From positions 1,248,001-1,312,000 of the forward strand of contig CBDFGR010000003.1 in assembly GCA_965247115.1 (NCBI GenBank): 64,000 nucleotides of DNA, given 5' to 3'. The notes under the pieces are model-generated. The model searched no databases. It saw nothing but the letters and a program-made list of their open reading frames with translations, and had not been told where the DNA came from. Within the stretch, counting starts at the first letter, position 1; each line of letters opens with the position of its first letter. Shown here piece by piece: positions 1 through 9,876 of the stretch. Both the position numbers and the translations under genes were made by a program. The DNA is from Myxococcota bacterium. Lineage in GTDB: Bacteria; Myxococcota_A; UBA9160; SZUA-336.

Positions 1-29
1 TCGCTCCCAAGGTACCCTTCGATGAGGAG

Positions 30-48
30 TTTTTCAGCAGCCTGCTAG
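30..48. mobile_element. Possible terminal inverted-repeat end of an IS5/IS1182-like element or MITE extending off the left edge
   Basis: TTTTTCAGCAGCCTGCTAG ends in CTAG and resembles recalled IS1182/IS5-type ends; the rest would lie outside the window. Confidence 0.35.
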
Positions 49-276
49 ATGACCGAATGCGCCGAGAGTCCCACCTCAGTGACCAGAAGTTCCGACTTCG
101 GCCATACAAGTTCGGATCAAGGACCGTCCCCAAGTTCGGATTCCGAGGAGAACCGGCAGCCTCCTCCGGGGCCTGGCAACCCTGCAAGCGCCGCGTTTCG
201 CGGCGCGCGCAGCGAAGGCCCTTGGCCTGAGCGGAGGTGGGTGGCCGCGGACGCCCGCGGCCGGGTCCCACAAGAC
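45..276 (+). repeat. Repeat family A, long copy (A1)
   Basis: CTAGATGA...GAGAGTCCCACCTCA...AAGGACCGTCCCCAAGTT...GCAAG-hairpin-CGCGCAGCGAA-hairpin-GAGCGGAGGTGGGTGG-hairpin-GGGTCCCACAAGAC; closely matches the reverse complement of 26090..26349. Confidence 0.9.
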
Positions 277-945
277 TCACATGTCGAGCGCGGACTCCGG
301 GAAGACGCCGAGGTAGGCGAGGCAGGTGTGGCTGAGCTCGGTGGTGATCTGGCTCTTGGTCCAGACGCGGCCGGAGAGGTCTACCAGGTCGTCAAAGAGC
401 AGGCGGTACACGAGCGTGCTCGTGATCAGGCGGGCCACGAACTCGGCGGCAACGGCCGGCTCCGGATGGAGGAGCTCGCGGCGACGCGCGATCATGAGGG
501 CCACAAAACCGTCGTTGAACTGCCTCGCGTAGCGCTGAGCGCGCGCAGCGAAGCCGCGATCGGTCACCGTGCGCATCGTGAAGGCCTTGAGCAGCCCCAC
601 GCGCTCACTGAAGATCCGGACCCGGAACGCGATGATGTCTTCGATGATCTCCGACACGGAGGAATGGCTCCAGCGCTGCGGATCGAGCATCCCCTCCGCG
701 GTCGCCTCCGCCTCGGCCATGTAGCGCTCGTGCAGGGCATTTAGCAGCCCGTCCTTGTCGCGAAAGCGCGAGTAGAAGGCGCCGACCGACGAGTCGGCTC
801 GCTGGGCAATGTCCGCGACGCCGACATCCTCCCAGGCCTTCTCGGTCAGCAGGGCCTCGGCCGCATCCAGAAGCCGATCGAGGGTGGCGCGACTGCGCGC
901 CTGGTGAGTGGGACGGATCCATTCGAGCTGCGGTGCAACGGACAA
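277..945 (-). CDS. TetR/AcrR family transcriptional regulator
   Basis: N-terminal HTH 'RLLDAAEALLTEKAWEDVGVADIAQRADSSVGAFYSRFRDKDGLL'; start moved to TTG 945 behind a GGAG RBS (ORF track start 1002). Confidence 0.9.
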   Translation of the reverse strand: MSVAPQLEWIRPTHQARSRATLDRLLDAAEALLTEKAWEDVGVADIAQRADSSVGAFYSRFRDKDGLLNALHERYMAEAEATAEGMLDPQRWSHSSVSEIIEDIIAFRVRIFSERVGLLKAFTMRTVTDRGFAARAQRYARQFNDGFVALMIARRRELLHPEPAVAAEFVARLITSTLVYRLLFDDLVDLSGRVWTKSQITTELSHTCLAYLGVFPESALDM

Positions 946-961
946 TTCGATCTCCAAACCA

Positions 962-1009
962 GAACGGGAATTCTGATTCGGATCTTCGCAAACCCGACTC
1001 AAATGTCAA
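962..1009 (-). promoter_or_regulatory. Candidate sigma70 -35 box (TTGACA, 1004..1009) and imperfect palindromic operator upstream of the TetR gene
   Basis: Minus strand has TTGACA followed by GAAtcaGAATTCccgTTC; the -10 box is weak. Confidence 0.35.
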
Positions 1010-1050
1010 GCGAATTCAACCTCTTGGCCGACAAATTCTCTGCCTCGGAA

Positions 1051-1079
1051 GCCGTCGGAGGTCGGGAAACGTCCCCCGA
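1051..1079. repeat. Repeat family B copy
   Basis: GCCGTCGGAGGTCGGGAAACGTCCCCCG matches 11122..11146 and the reverse complement of 11209..11238 and 57130..57160. Confidence 0.75.
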
Positions 1080-1092
1080 CTCCTTGCCGTAC

Positions 1093-1195
1093 TGGCAACC
1101 CGCAAGCGCCGCGAGCGCGGCGCGCGCAGCGAAGGCCGTAGGCCTGAGCGAAGGTGGGTGGCGCGCGACCGCTCGCGCGCCGGGTCCCACAAGAC
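1093..1195 (+). repeat. Repeat family A, short copy (A2)
   Basis: TGGCAACCCGCAAG...CGCGCAGCGAAGGCCGTAGGCCTGAGCG...GGGTCCCACAAGAC. Confidence 0.9.
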
Positions 1196-1209
1196 CGCTC
1201 GCGCCGGAA

Positions 1210-2898
1210 TTAGCGCGGGGAAGGCAGGCGGATGTCTTCCACCAGCTGCTGGACCTCAGCGGGGGGCGGGGGGGTCAGGTAGCTCACGACCAGAGTCACG
1301 GCGAAGTTGAGGAGCATTCCCACCGTCCCGATCCCCTCCGGGCTGATTCCGAGCAACCAATCCGCGGCCCCGGCATCTGGCCGGGCAGTGAAGTACACGA
1401 TGTAGGCCCCGGTGAAGCCGATCCCCGAGAGCATGCCGGCGATCGCACCCTCCTTGGTCACCCGCTTGCTGAACACCCCGAGCACCAGAATCGGGAAGAA
1501 GCTCGATGCGGCCAGCCCGAAGGCGTAGGCGACGACCTGGGCCACGAAACCGGGTGGATTGATGCCGAAGTAGCCCGCCACGAGTACGGCTGCACCGGCC
1601 GCCACTCGGGCCAGCAGCAGCTCGCGCCGGTCACTGATGCCGGGAGTGAAGATGGACTTGAACAGGTCGTGCGAGACCGAAGAGGAGATCACGAGCAGGA
1701 GGCCCGCCGCCGTGGACAGGGCCGCGGCCAGACCTCCGGCGGCCACGAGGGCAACGACCCAGGCCGGAAGCTGCGCGATCTCCGGGTTCGCGAGCACCAT
1801 GATGTCACGGTCCACCTGAAGCTCGTTGGTGGCGGCGTCTGGTGTGTAGGTGATCACGCCGTCGCCATCCTTGTCTTCGAAGCGGATCAGCCCGGTTTTC
1901 TCCCAGTTCGAGAACCAGACCGGCGCCTCGCTATACGGCGTGCTGTGCAGGGTCTGGATCATGTTGGCCCGCGCAAACGTCGCGACGGCCGGCGCCGTGG
2001 TGTAGAGCAGGCCAATGAAGATGAGCGCCCACATCACGCTCCAACGAGCCGCGCGCGCACTCCTGACCGTGTAGAAGCGAATCAGCACGTGGGGCAAGCC
2101 GGCGGTCCCGGCCATGAGCGCGAGCGTAATCGCGAACACGTCGAGCATGCCCTTCTTTCCCGCAACGAAGGCTGCCGTGTACTCGGGAAAGCCCAGATCC
2201 CGGTGGATCTGATCGATCGTCTCGAGCAGGTAGATGCCCGCGTTGGGGCCGCTCGACACCGTCGAACCGAAGCCGATCTGCGGGATCGGGTTTCCCGTCA
2301 TGGCCATGGATATGGCGCCGGCGGGAATCAGGTAGGCAATGATCAGCACGGTGTACTGCGCGACCTGCGTGTACGTGATCCCGCGCATGCCGCCGAGCGT
2401 CGCGTACAGAAAGACGAGCGCCATCCCGATCACAACCCCGGTGTCGACGGGAACCTCGAGAAAGCGCGAGAAGACGATCCCAACACCACGCATCTGACCC
2501 GCGACGTACGTGAACGACACGAAGATCGCGCAGCCCACGGAGACAACGCGCGCGAACTGCGAGTAGTACCGGTCGCCGACGAACTCCGGCACCGTGTACT
2601 TGCCGTACTTGCGAAGGTAGGGCGCGAGTAGCAGGGCGAGCAGCACGTAGCCACCCGTCCAGCCCATGAGGTAGATCGTTCCGGTGTACCCCATGAAGGA
2701 GATGAGTCCCGCCATCGAGATAAACGAGGCGGCGCTCATCCAATCTGCGCCCGTCGCCATGCCGTTCGCCACAGCGGGGACGCCCTGTCCTGCCACGTAG
2801 AAGTCTGAGGTCGAGCGGACGCGGCTCCAGACTGCGATACCGATGTAGAGCGCGAAGCTGAGCCCGATGATCAGGTAGGTCCAGCTCTGGATCCCCAA
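1210..2898 (-). CDS. actP: Sodium:solute symporter, ActP-like cation/acetate symporter family
   Basis: 'DFYVAGQGVPAVANGMATGADWMSAASFISMAG' and 'GTAGLPHVLIRFYTV' SSS motifs; multiple TM helices. Confidence 0.85.
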   Translation of the reverse strand: MGIQSWTYLIIGLSFALYIGIAVWSRVRSTSDFYVAGQGVPAVANGMATGADWMSAASFISMAGLISFMGYTGTIYLMGWTGGYVLLALLLAPYLRKYGKYTVPEFVGDRYYSQFARVVSVGCAIFVSFTYVAGQMRGVGIVFSRFLEVPVDTGVVIGMALVFLYATLGGMRGITYTQVAQYTVLIIAYLIPAGAISMAMTGNPIPQIGFGSTVSSGPNAGIYLLETIDQIHRDLGFPEYTAAFVAGKKGMLDVFAITLALMAGTAGLPHVLIRFYTVRSARAARWSVMWALIFIGLLYTTAPAVATFARANMIQTLHSTPYSEAPVWFSNWEKTGLIRFEDKDGDGVITYTPDAATNELQVDRDIMVLANPEIAQLPAWVVALVAAGGLAAALSTAAGLLLVISSSVSHDLFKSIFTPGISDRRELLLARVAAGAAVLVAGYFGINPPGFVAQVVAYAFGLAASSFFPILVLGVFSKRVTKEGAIAGMLSGIGFTGAYIVYFTARPDAGAADWLLGISPEGIGTVGMLLNFAVTLVVSYLTPPPPAEVQQLVEDIRLPSPR

Positions 2899-2907
2899 GT
2901 GCCTACC

Positions 2908-3165
2908 TCAGTCGACGTCGTAGCGACGATCGATCCGGTCCATCCAGCGTGCATACACCAGGATGAGCAGGATAAAGATGTAGATCGAGCCCTGCTGTGC
3001 GAACCAGAAGCCGAGCGGGAAGCCGCCGAGTGAGAGGGTGTTCAGGGGCTCCACGAAGAAGATCCCCAGGCCAAAGGAAGACACGAACCAGATGCTGAGC
3101 AGGATTGCCAGGATCCTGACGTTCGCGCGCCAGTACCCACTGGGATCGCTTCGACGCTCTGCCAC
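2908..3165 (-). CDS. DUF4212-type small subunit of the solute:sodium symporter
   Basis: 'YWRANVR...GFPLGFWFAQQGSIYIF'; usual partner directly upstream of the SSS gene. Confidence 0.85.
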   Translation of the reverse strand: MAERRSDPSGYWRANVRILAILLSIWFVSSFGLGIFFVEPLNTLSLGGFPLGFWFAQQGSIYIFILLILVYARWMDRIDRRYDVD

Positions 3166-4358
3166 TACCTGAGTCCGAAGTCCCAGCCGTCTCCTATCTT
3201 GTAAGACTTCAGAATACGGCGCGCTGTCGTGGTGATGTGTACCTCGTCGGCCCCGTCGTAGATGCGCGCGAAACGCGCGTGGCGGTACATGCTCTCCAGC
3301 GGCGTGTCCTCCGAGACTCCCTTTGCTCCAAAGACCTGAATTGCGCGGTCGATCACGTTGTGCAGCATCTGCGCGCCGACCACCTTGATCATGCCGATCT
3401 CGACCCGGGCCTCGTCTCCCTGATCGATCTTGTGCGCCGCGTTCAACGTCAGCATGCGGCTGGCCTGGATCTCACACAGGCTATCGAACACGAACTTCTG
3501 GATTTGCTGATGCTCGCCCAGCGTCTTGCCGAAGGCGACGCGTTCGTTCGCCCTATCGCACATGAGGTCGTAGGCGCGCTGCGCCTGGCCGAGCCAGCGC
3601 ATGCAGTGGAAGATCCGGCCGGGTCCAAGGCGCTTCTGCGCGATCTTGAAGCCCGCTCCGCGCGGTCCGAGCAGATTTGCAAACGGCACGCGCACGTTGT
3701 CGTATTCGACCTCGCAGTGGCCGCCATTCATGCCCATGACCCGCACGTCGCGAATGATGTTGTAGCCGGGCGTGTCGGTCGGCACGATGATCATGCTGAA
3801 CGCGTCGTGGGCGGCAACGTCGGGCTCGGTACGCAGCATCACCGTGGTGTAGGCCGCGCGATCGGCCCCGCTCGTGAACCACTTGCGGCCGTTGATCACC
3901 CACTCGTCGCCCTCGAGCACCGCCGTGGTCTGGAGCTGCGTCGGGTCGGAGCTCGCAACGTCCGGCTCGGTCATTCCAAAGCTAGGGAAGACCTCGCCGT
4001 CCACCAGCCGTTTCAAGTACTTGTCGCGCCACTCCTCGGAGGCGTACAAGTGCAGCATGATCGAGTCCTGCAGGGAGTGCGTGCCCAGTGCGACGGTGGC
4101 GAGTCCGGAGCGGCCGACCACCTCGTTCACGTATACGTAGTCGAGGAACGGGAGGCCCTGGCCACCGATCTCCTTCGGGTGGCCCAGTGCCCAGAGCCCC
4201 GCCTCCTTGGCCTCCTGCATCAGTCGGCGCATGACCTTGTCCGACTCGGGGCTGCCGCGCTCCTCGAAGAGGTGCTCTACCGGGTATACACGCTGCTCGA
4301 TGAACTCCGTGACCTGCTTGCGAATGGGCAACATGTGCTCTGGAACCTGGAAGCTCAT
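3165..4358 (-). CDS. Acyl-CoA dehydrogenase
   Basis: 'FGMTEPDVASSD', 'INGRKWFTSG', 'RIYDGADEVH'. Confidence 0.95.
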   Translation of the reverse strand: MSFQVPEHMLPIRKQVTEFIEQRVYPVEHLFEERGSPESDKVMRRLMQEAKEAGLWALGHPKEIGGQGLPFLDYVYVNEVVGRSGLATVALGTHSLQDSIMLHLYASEEWRDKYLKRLVDGEVFPSFGMTEPDVASSDPTQLQTTAVLEGDEWVINGRKWFTSGADRAAYTTVMLRTEPDVAAHDAFSMIIVPTDTPGYNIIRDVRVMGMNGGHCEVEYDNVRVPFANLLGPRGAGFKIAQKRLGPGRIFHCMRWLGQAQRAYDLMCDRANERVAFGKTLGEHQQIQKFVFDSLCEIQASRMLTLNAAHKIDQGDEARVEIGMIKVVGAQMLHNVIDRAIQVFGAKGVSEDTPLESMYRHARFARIYDGADEVHITTTARRILKSYKIGDGWDFGLR

Positions 4359-4452
4359 GATTCACTCCTCGCTCTTGATGGAGCTGGCCCAGCCTAGACT
4401 CCACCACCCATCAGGGGCAAGCCGCAGCCTTTTTCGCTACCAAGCCCCCCGG

Positions 4453-6786
4453 ATGTGGCGGCCCGGGAACAAGCTAGTTCACCCCTTTAACCCTGAGCTC
4501 GGCACCGGACTGGTTGTGGAGGTGTCAGGGCGCTTCCTCAAGGTCTACTTCCCGGCGGTCGAGCGGGAGATCACCCTGGCCGGGGAGGGAGCGGGCCTCG
4601 AGCCGCTCATCCTTCCGCCAGGCGCGCGCGCCCGCATCCTCGAAAGCGGCGACGAGGTCGAAATCGCGGGGTGGGACGGGGATGCGTACACCACGAGTGA
4701 CGGTCGAGTCGTAGGGGATGCGGAGCTCTGGCCGGTCGACACCTCCAACTCACCGCTGGAGCGACTCGCCCAGCTGCGCCTGGACCGCCTGGGGGCGCTG
4801 CGAAACCGGCTCGAGGGCCTCCGGCTGATCCAGATACGCGAGGCCGGAGGGCTCGGGAGCCTGCTCGGGGGCAGGATCGAGCTCTTCCCGCACCAGCTTC
4901 ACACCGCGCTCGTGGCGCTTTCGCAGGACCCGGTGCGCTGGCTGCTCGCGGACGAGGTCGGGCTCGGCAAGACCGTGGTCGCCAGCTTGATCCTCTCCTC
5001 ACTTGTCCGAACCGGGCGCGCCCAGCGCGCGCTCGTGATCGCACCAGAGACGCTGACGGTGCAGTGGCTCGGCGAGCTGTACCGCAAGTTCCACCAGGTC
5101 TTCGTGCTGCTCGATCCCGAGCGAATCGAGAGCGTCACGCGGGACTACGAGGAGGACGCGAACGCGTTCGACGTTCACCCCTTCGGGGTGATCTCCGCGG
5201 ACCTTCTCGCCGCGGACCCCGAGCTCGCGGCTCAGGCCCACAAGGTGGATCTCGACCTCGTCGTGGTCGATGAGGCGCATCGCCTGGCGAACCCCGAGGT
5301 CGAGACCGTCGTAGCGCCGCTCATCAAGCGCGCCAAGCACGCCCTGCTACTGACGGCAACGCCGCTCGCGGCCGACCGCAGGGGCTTCTACCGGCTGCTC
5401 GCGCTCCTGCAGCCCGAGCACTTCGGCTCCTTCGAGGACTTCGAGCAGAGGCTCGCGTCCGGCGAGGCCGCCTTCTCCTGTACGAGCGCGGTGCGGCGGG
5501 AAGACCTGGGCAGCTGGCCCCCGCGCCGAGCTCTCGCCATCGACCTCCCCGCCACACGGAAGGAGCCGAAGAACGATCCGCGCGCGGGGTGGATCGCGGC
5601 CCAGACGCGGAGCTGGCTCGAGAAGGGCGAGAAAGTACTGGTCTTCATTCACGAGACGAAGACGCTCGAGAAGCTGAAGAAGTTCCTCGAGGCCGAGACT
5701 CGGACGCGCGTGTCCGTGTTCCACCAGGCCCTGAACACGGCCCAGCGCGACATCGAGGTCGCGCGCTTCCGCGAGTCGAACACGCCCCTGCTCCTCGTCT
5801 CCGAGGCGGGAACGGAAGGCCGGAATTTCCAGTTCTGCGATCGGATGATCCACTACGACCTGCCGACCGATCCCGTATTGCTCGAACAGCGCATCGGAAG
5901 GCTCGACCGCATTGGACGCAGCAAGGACGTGGAGATCGTCTACTTCCGCTGCGAGAGGGCGCGACCCGACCTGGCGCCCCTGTTCGAACGTCTGGACCTG
6001 TTCGAGCGGCCCTCCGCGGGCCTCGACGCCGCGCTGGCACCCGTCACCGCGGCGATCGAGGAGGCGGCCCTGCCGAGAAAGTCCCTGGACATCGACGCGC
6101 TCGTCGCGCGTGTGGAGGCGGAGCGCGAGGTCTCACTCGACGTTCTCCGCGTCTTCTACAGCGACGCGTACAACGTCTCGCAGGAAGAGAAGATCCTGGC
6201 GCTCGTACCCGAAGAGCTGGAGCAGCGCACCCGCCGCTTCTGCCTCGGCGCAGCAAACAACCTCGGCATGAAGATCGTCGATAAGGGCGGCGAGGCCCTC
6301 TACTACCTGGAGCTGGGCGCGTCCCTGACGGTCGAGTCCCTGCCGGGCGTTCCCGAGGGATCCCGCTGGCTCGGTACCTTCGACCGAGGGGAGGCGGTCG
6401 ACAAGGAGGAGCTCGACTTCTACGCGAGCGGTCATCCCCTGGTCGAGGGCCTCCTCCTCGAGCTGGAGGACGGTCCGCGAGGCCGAGCCGCACTGTGCGA
6501 GATTCCCGACGCGGAGGAGACGGGGGCCGGATTGCTCCTGGTGTTCCGCGAGGGGCCCGAATGGAGCGCAGTCGTAGTCGACGACTCGGGGAAGCTGCGG
6601 CCCGACGTGGCGACGAAGCTCATCGAGGGTCTGGGCGAGGCCAAGCCAGTCGATCCCCAGGAGTGGAACCTGGACGCCGGCTGGGCCGATGCCATCCGCG
6701 AGCTGGGCGAGCAAGCTCTCGGCAGCTTTGACGGCGCCGCACCCGATCTGGAGCTCGTGCTCTTCTTCCGCTGGATTCCGGCCTAG
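4453..6786 (+). CDS. rapA: SNF2-family helicase, RapA/HepA-like
   Basis: 'LLADEVGLGKT', 'DEAH', 'LLLTATP', 'SEAGTEGRNFQF', 'EQRIGRLDRIG'; N-terminal 'NPELGTGLV'; start moved to ATG 4453. Confidence 0.8.
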   Translation: MWRPGNKLVHPFNPELGTGLVVEVSGRFLKVYFPAVEREITLAGEGAGLEPLILPPGARARILESGDEVEIAGWDGDAYTTSDGRVVGDAELWPVDTSNSPLERLAQLRLDRLGALRNRLEGLRLIQIREAGGLGSLLGGRIELFPHQLHTALVALSQDPVRWLLADEVGLGKTVVASLILSSLVRTGRAQRALVIAPETLTVQWLGELYRKFHQVFVLLDPERIESVTRDYEEDANAFDVHPFGVISADLLAADPELAAQAHKVDLDLVVVDEAHRLANPEVETVVAPLIKRAKHALLLTATPLAADRRGFYRLLALLQPEHFGSFEDFEQRLASGEAAFSCTSAVRREDLGSWPPRRALAIDLPATRKEPKNDPRAGWIAAQTRSWLEKGEKVLVFIHETKTLEKLKKFLEAETRTRVSVFHQALNTAQRDIEVARFRESNTPLLLVSEAGTEGRNFQFCDRMIHYDLPTDPVLLEQRIGRLDRIGRSKDVEIVYFRCERARPDLAPLFERLDLFERPSAGLDAALAPVTAAIEEAALPRKSLDIDALVARVEAEREVSLDVLRVFYSDAYNVSQEEKILALVPEELEQRTRRFCLGAANNLGMKIVDKGGEALYYLELGASLTVESLPGVPEGSRWLGTFDRGEAVDKEELDFYASGHPLVEGLLLELEDGPRGRAALCEIPDAEETGAGLLLVFREGPEWSAVVVDDSGKLRPDVATKLIEGLGEAKPVDPQEWNLDAGWADAIRELGEQALGSFDGAAPDLELVLFFRWIPA

Positions 6787-7511
6787 CCTGCCGCCGCGGC
6801 CAGCTGGCGCAGGCGTTCGGTGGCGATGGCGGACACCGCAGCTTGCAGATTGTAGCAGGGGATGAAGCCGGCCATCGGGATTCGGATCTTGGCGTGGCAA
6901 CGCTCCAGGATCTCGGGAGCGATCCCGCCGTTCTCCCCGCCCACGACAAACAGGCGCGGCCCGCAGAGATCGAGCTCCCAGGGCGCACGCTCGCCCGCCT
7001 CGTCGATGGCGTAGATCCCGTGGCCCGCGGCCTCAGCGCACGCAAGGATGTCCCAGGTCCGGTCCCAGTGCACGGGCATGAACTTGTCAGCGCGCATGGA
7101 GGCGCGCAGCGCCGCTTTGCGGCCCTCGCCATCGAACTTCGCGTCGACAACGACCCCCTCGGCACCCGAGACCTCCGCGGTTCGCACGACCATGCCCACA
7201 TTGCCAGGGTAGGCAACGCCCACGAGGAGCCAGCAGGCGCCCCCGGCGGCGATCATCTCGCCGACCCCTGCGCCGGGATCGCGCCCGACCAGCGCCAGGA
7301 CAGCGGCCATCCCGTCGACACTGAGTCGTGTCACTGCGCGCCGGCTCGTCTGGCGGACCGGGATCCGGAGCCGTTCCGCCTGCTCCAGCACGCCCTTGAT
7401 GTCGACCTCCGGCGCATCCCGCGCCACGAGGATCAGCCGCACCGCTGCGCCCTTCGTAAGCGCTGACTCGATGGCCGCGGCGCCAGGAATCTGGTAAACG
7501 CGGGGCTCCAC
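6783..7511 (-). CDS. TrmH/SpoU family RNA methyltransferase
   Basis: 'PGNVGMVVRTA', 'VGGENGGI', 'IRIPMAGFIPCYNL'; start uncertain (7511 or 7589). Confidence 0.85.
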   Translation of the reverse strand: MEPRVYQIPGAAAIESALTKGAAVRLILVARDAPEVDIKGVLEQAERLRIPVRQTSRRAVTRLSVDGMAAVLALVGRDPGAGVGEMIAAGGACWLLVGVAYPGNVGMVVRTAEVSGAEGVVVDAKFDGEGRKAALRASMRADKFMPVHWDRTWDILACAEAAGHGIYAIDEAGERAPWELDLCGPRLFVVGGENGGIAPEILERCHAKIRIPMAGFIPCYNLQAAVSAIATERLRQLAAAAG

Positions 7512-7575
7512 GCCGAGAGGGTAGTGTCCCCGAGCCGGGAGTGTCGACACCTGGGCGGCGGCTGGGCGCGGAGCT

Positions 7576-9579
7576 TCAGTACTCCGCACTCACACCAACG
7601 AAGCCTGCGAATCCCGAGCTCTGGAACCCGTGGGGGTCGTCGTACTCGCGGTCGAAGAGGTTTTCGATGCGGGAGAACAGCGTCCAGTGCCGGGAGAGTT
7701 CGAACGTGCCGGCCAGATTCACCACTGTGTAGCCGCCGAGCGAGATCCGGGCCCCCACCGGCGAGTTGGCATCGATGTCCTTGCGGTGACCGATGTAGCG
7801 CACCCCGAGGCTCACTGTCGAGCGCCGCCCAGGGCGCAGCTCGAGCGTGCCGAGGAGCGTGTGGGCCGGACGCCGTAGCAAGTCCTCGCCGCTGTCTAGA
7901 TCCTCGGCGCTCAGGTAGACGTGGTCCAAACGAAGGAAGACCCTGTCCCTGACTCGAACCGAGAGGGAGGACTCGAAGCCGTCCGTCTTTGCCCGCCCGA
8001 CGTTCCGCAGTGTCGTGAAGTCGGCGGTCGCCGCGATCAGGTTGCGGATCCGGTTCTGGAAGTAGGTGACGCCGACGCGCACGAGATCGCCAAAGAGTGG
8101 CTGCTCCACTCCGAGCTCCCACCCGCGACTGCGCTCCGGCTGGAGATCCGGGTTGCCGACGGAGAGCGAGGTGAAGAACGGGCTCGTGAAGACCGACACT
8201 CCGAAGAGATCATCGAGCGAGGGGGCCTTGAAGCCCGTGCCGATGCTGCCGTGGACCTTGGTGCCCGAGTCGGGGTGCACGTAGGCGACGGCCGTTCGGT
8301 AGGTAAGTTCCGAGCCGAACTCGTCGTGGTGCTCGAGGCGCCCCCCCACGACCCCGAAGACGTCACCGAACGTGAACTGCTCCTGCCCGAATACAGCACT
8401 CGAGCGCTGTGAGGCATGGCCACCCTTGGTGAACACGCCGAAGGCCGAGACCGACTCGAGCGAGGAGTCGATCGTCTCCCGCTCGGTCTCCAGCCCGAAC
8501 GTGAGCACGTGCTCCGGAGTAACAGTGAAATCGTGCTGCCAATCGAGCTTTAGTCGCCCGCCGTCGTGCGACTCGATCGAGGAGCCGAGCCCGGGTGGGT
8601 CGGCGTCGTCGAGCTCCTTCCGGTCGTGGTCGCTGAAGGAGACTCCAAGGCGCTGGCGCCACTTCCCATCGAGCAGCTCGAGCCGGCCCTCGGTGCGGAG
8701 GAAGAGCTGGCGTGTCTGGTTGCGGTTGTTCCGGTCCTCGAAGAACGGGTCAAGCTCGTTGTCAGTGTCGACGAAGCGCCCGACGAGCGAGATCTCGCTT
8801 GTGTCCGTGGGCGTGAAGCCGACTCTGCCCGAGAGCGTTCGGTTATCGTACCCGTCCCGCTCGTGCGCACCGCGGTCTTCGGCGACCGCTGTGTGCCCAC
8901 GCGTGTGCAGCGTCGTATAGCTGAGCGAGTAGTTCACAAGGTCATGACTCCCGCGAAGCGCGGTCGCCTGCTGGAACGTGTGGCGCGCGCCCGCCTCCCC
9001 CCAGGCCGTTAGTCGCGGCTTGCCGCGACCCTTGCGCGTGACGACGTTGATCACACCGCCGATGGCGTCGGAGCCGTAGAGCGTACTGAGCGGTCCGCGC
9101 ATCACCTCGACCCGCTCCACGTCCTCGGTCAGCAGGTGCGCGGGGTCGAATACGCCGCCAGGGAGGCTCGGGTCGGAGACCTCGATGCCGTCGAGCAGCA
9201 CGAGCGTGTGGTTCGACTCGGTGCCCCGGATGAAGATCGAGGTCTGCTTGCCAGTTCCCCCTGCCTGCGCCACCTGCACGCCGGGCACCGTGCGGAGCAC
9301 ATCGGTCAGTGTGCGGAGGCCTTTCCTCTCGATCTGGCTGCGTTGAATGACGGTGATCGATCCAGCCACGTGATCGACCGGAATCTCCATGCGGCGAGGC
9401 GCGCTGGCCATGGCAGGCTCGGTCGAGATCCCCATCACGCGCGACGAGGACGGAACGTCCGGCGGATCGGGCTCCGCGGCCGGCGCGAGCCGGGGCGCGA
9501 GAGCCATGAGTGCGGCGCTGAGGATGCAAGGAAGACAGGGACTACGCTTGGGCCCGCGGTCGGCCAATGGGGATCGCAT
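7576..9579 (-). CDS. btuB: TonB-dependent receptor, BtuB-like (vitamin B12)
   Basis: Plug motifs 'SIFIRGTESNHTLVLLDG' and 'RVEVMRGPLSTLYGSDAIGGVINVVT'; 'GNPDLQPE'; 'IENLFDREY'; cobalamin riboswitch directly upstream. Confidence 0.85.
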   Translation of the reverse strand: MRSPLADRGPKRSPCLPCILSAALMALAPRLAPAAEPDPPDVPSSSRVMGISTEPAMASAPRRMEIPVDHVAGSITVIQRSQIERKGLRTLTDVLRTVPGVQVAQAGGTGKQTSIFIRGTESNHTLVLLDGIEVSDPSLPGGVFDPAHLLTEDVERVEVMRGPLSTLYGSDAIGGVINVVTRKGRGKPRLTAWGEAGARHTFQQATALRGSHDLVNYSLSYTTLHTRGHTAVAEDRGAHERDGYDNRTLSGRVGFTPTDTSEISLVGRFVDTDNELDPFFEDRNNRNQTRQLFLRTEGRLELLDGKWRQRLGVSFSDHDRKELDDADPPGLGSSIESHDGGRLKLDWQHDFTVTPEHVLTFGLETERETIDSSLESVSAFGVFTKGGHASQRSSAVFGQEQFTFGDVFGVVGGRLEHHDEFGSELTYRTAVAYVHPDSGTKVHGSIGTGFKAPSLDDLFGVSVFTSPFFTSLSVGNPDLQPERSRGWELGVEQPLFGDLVRVGVTYFQNRIRNLIAATADFTTLRNVGRAKTDGFESSLSVRVRDRVFLRLDHVYLSAEDLDSGEDLLRRPAHTLLGTLELRPGRRSTVSLGVRYIGHRKDIDANSPVGARISLGGYTVVNLAGTFELSRHWTLFSRIENLFDREYDDPHGFQSSGFAGFVGVSAEY

Positions 9580-9669
9580 CGTCGGTTCCTCCGTAGTCGG
9601 TGTGGTTGGCTCACCGTCACCGAAACGGAAGGTCCGCCCCTCGAGATGCCCCGGCTCGCGGGTAGGTGA

Positions 9670-9852
9670 CGCGCGACGGCAGGTCTCCTGGCTCGCGGGT
9701 CACGGCCTTCGCCCCACCTTCCCGGATCTCCAGTGGTGTGTTGGAGCGAGGGCTCGCCGCTTACAGTTGCGGGGACAGCCACGGCCTTGGCCGGCTTCTT
9801 ACCGGACGCACCGTGTTCCCTTTCAATCCCTAGCGGGAACCGTCAGGCCGAG
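9670..9852 (-). ncRNA. Cobalamin (AdoCbl) riboswitch
   Basis: Minus strand reads AAAGGGAACACGGTG...GCTGTCCCCGCAACTGTAA...CCACTGG...GGGAAGG...GAGCCAGGAGACCTGCC (B12 box), in the leader of the TonB receptor. Confidence 0.95.
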
Positions 9853-9876
9853 CCTATTCCGGCGGCCCTCCGCGCG

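Noticed and set aside
76..273. Small ORF family 'MWDPAAG...' (also 25550..25792, 26093..26317, 56844..57626)
   Set aside because: These are translations of repeat A; lengths and frames vary and conservation follows hairpins rather than codons
4453..6786. DISARM/BREX-type defence helicase
   Set aside because: RapA-like motifs, and no DNA methylase, PLD or other defence neighbours
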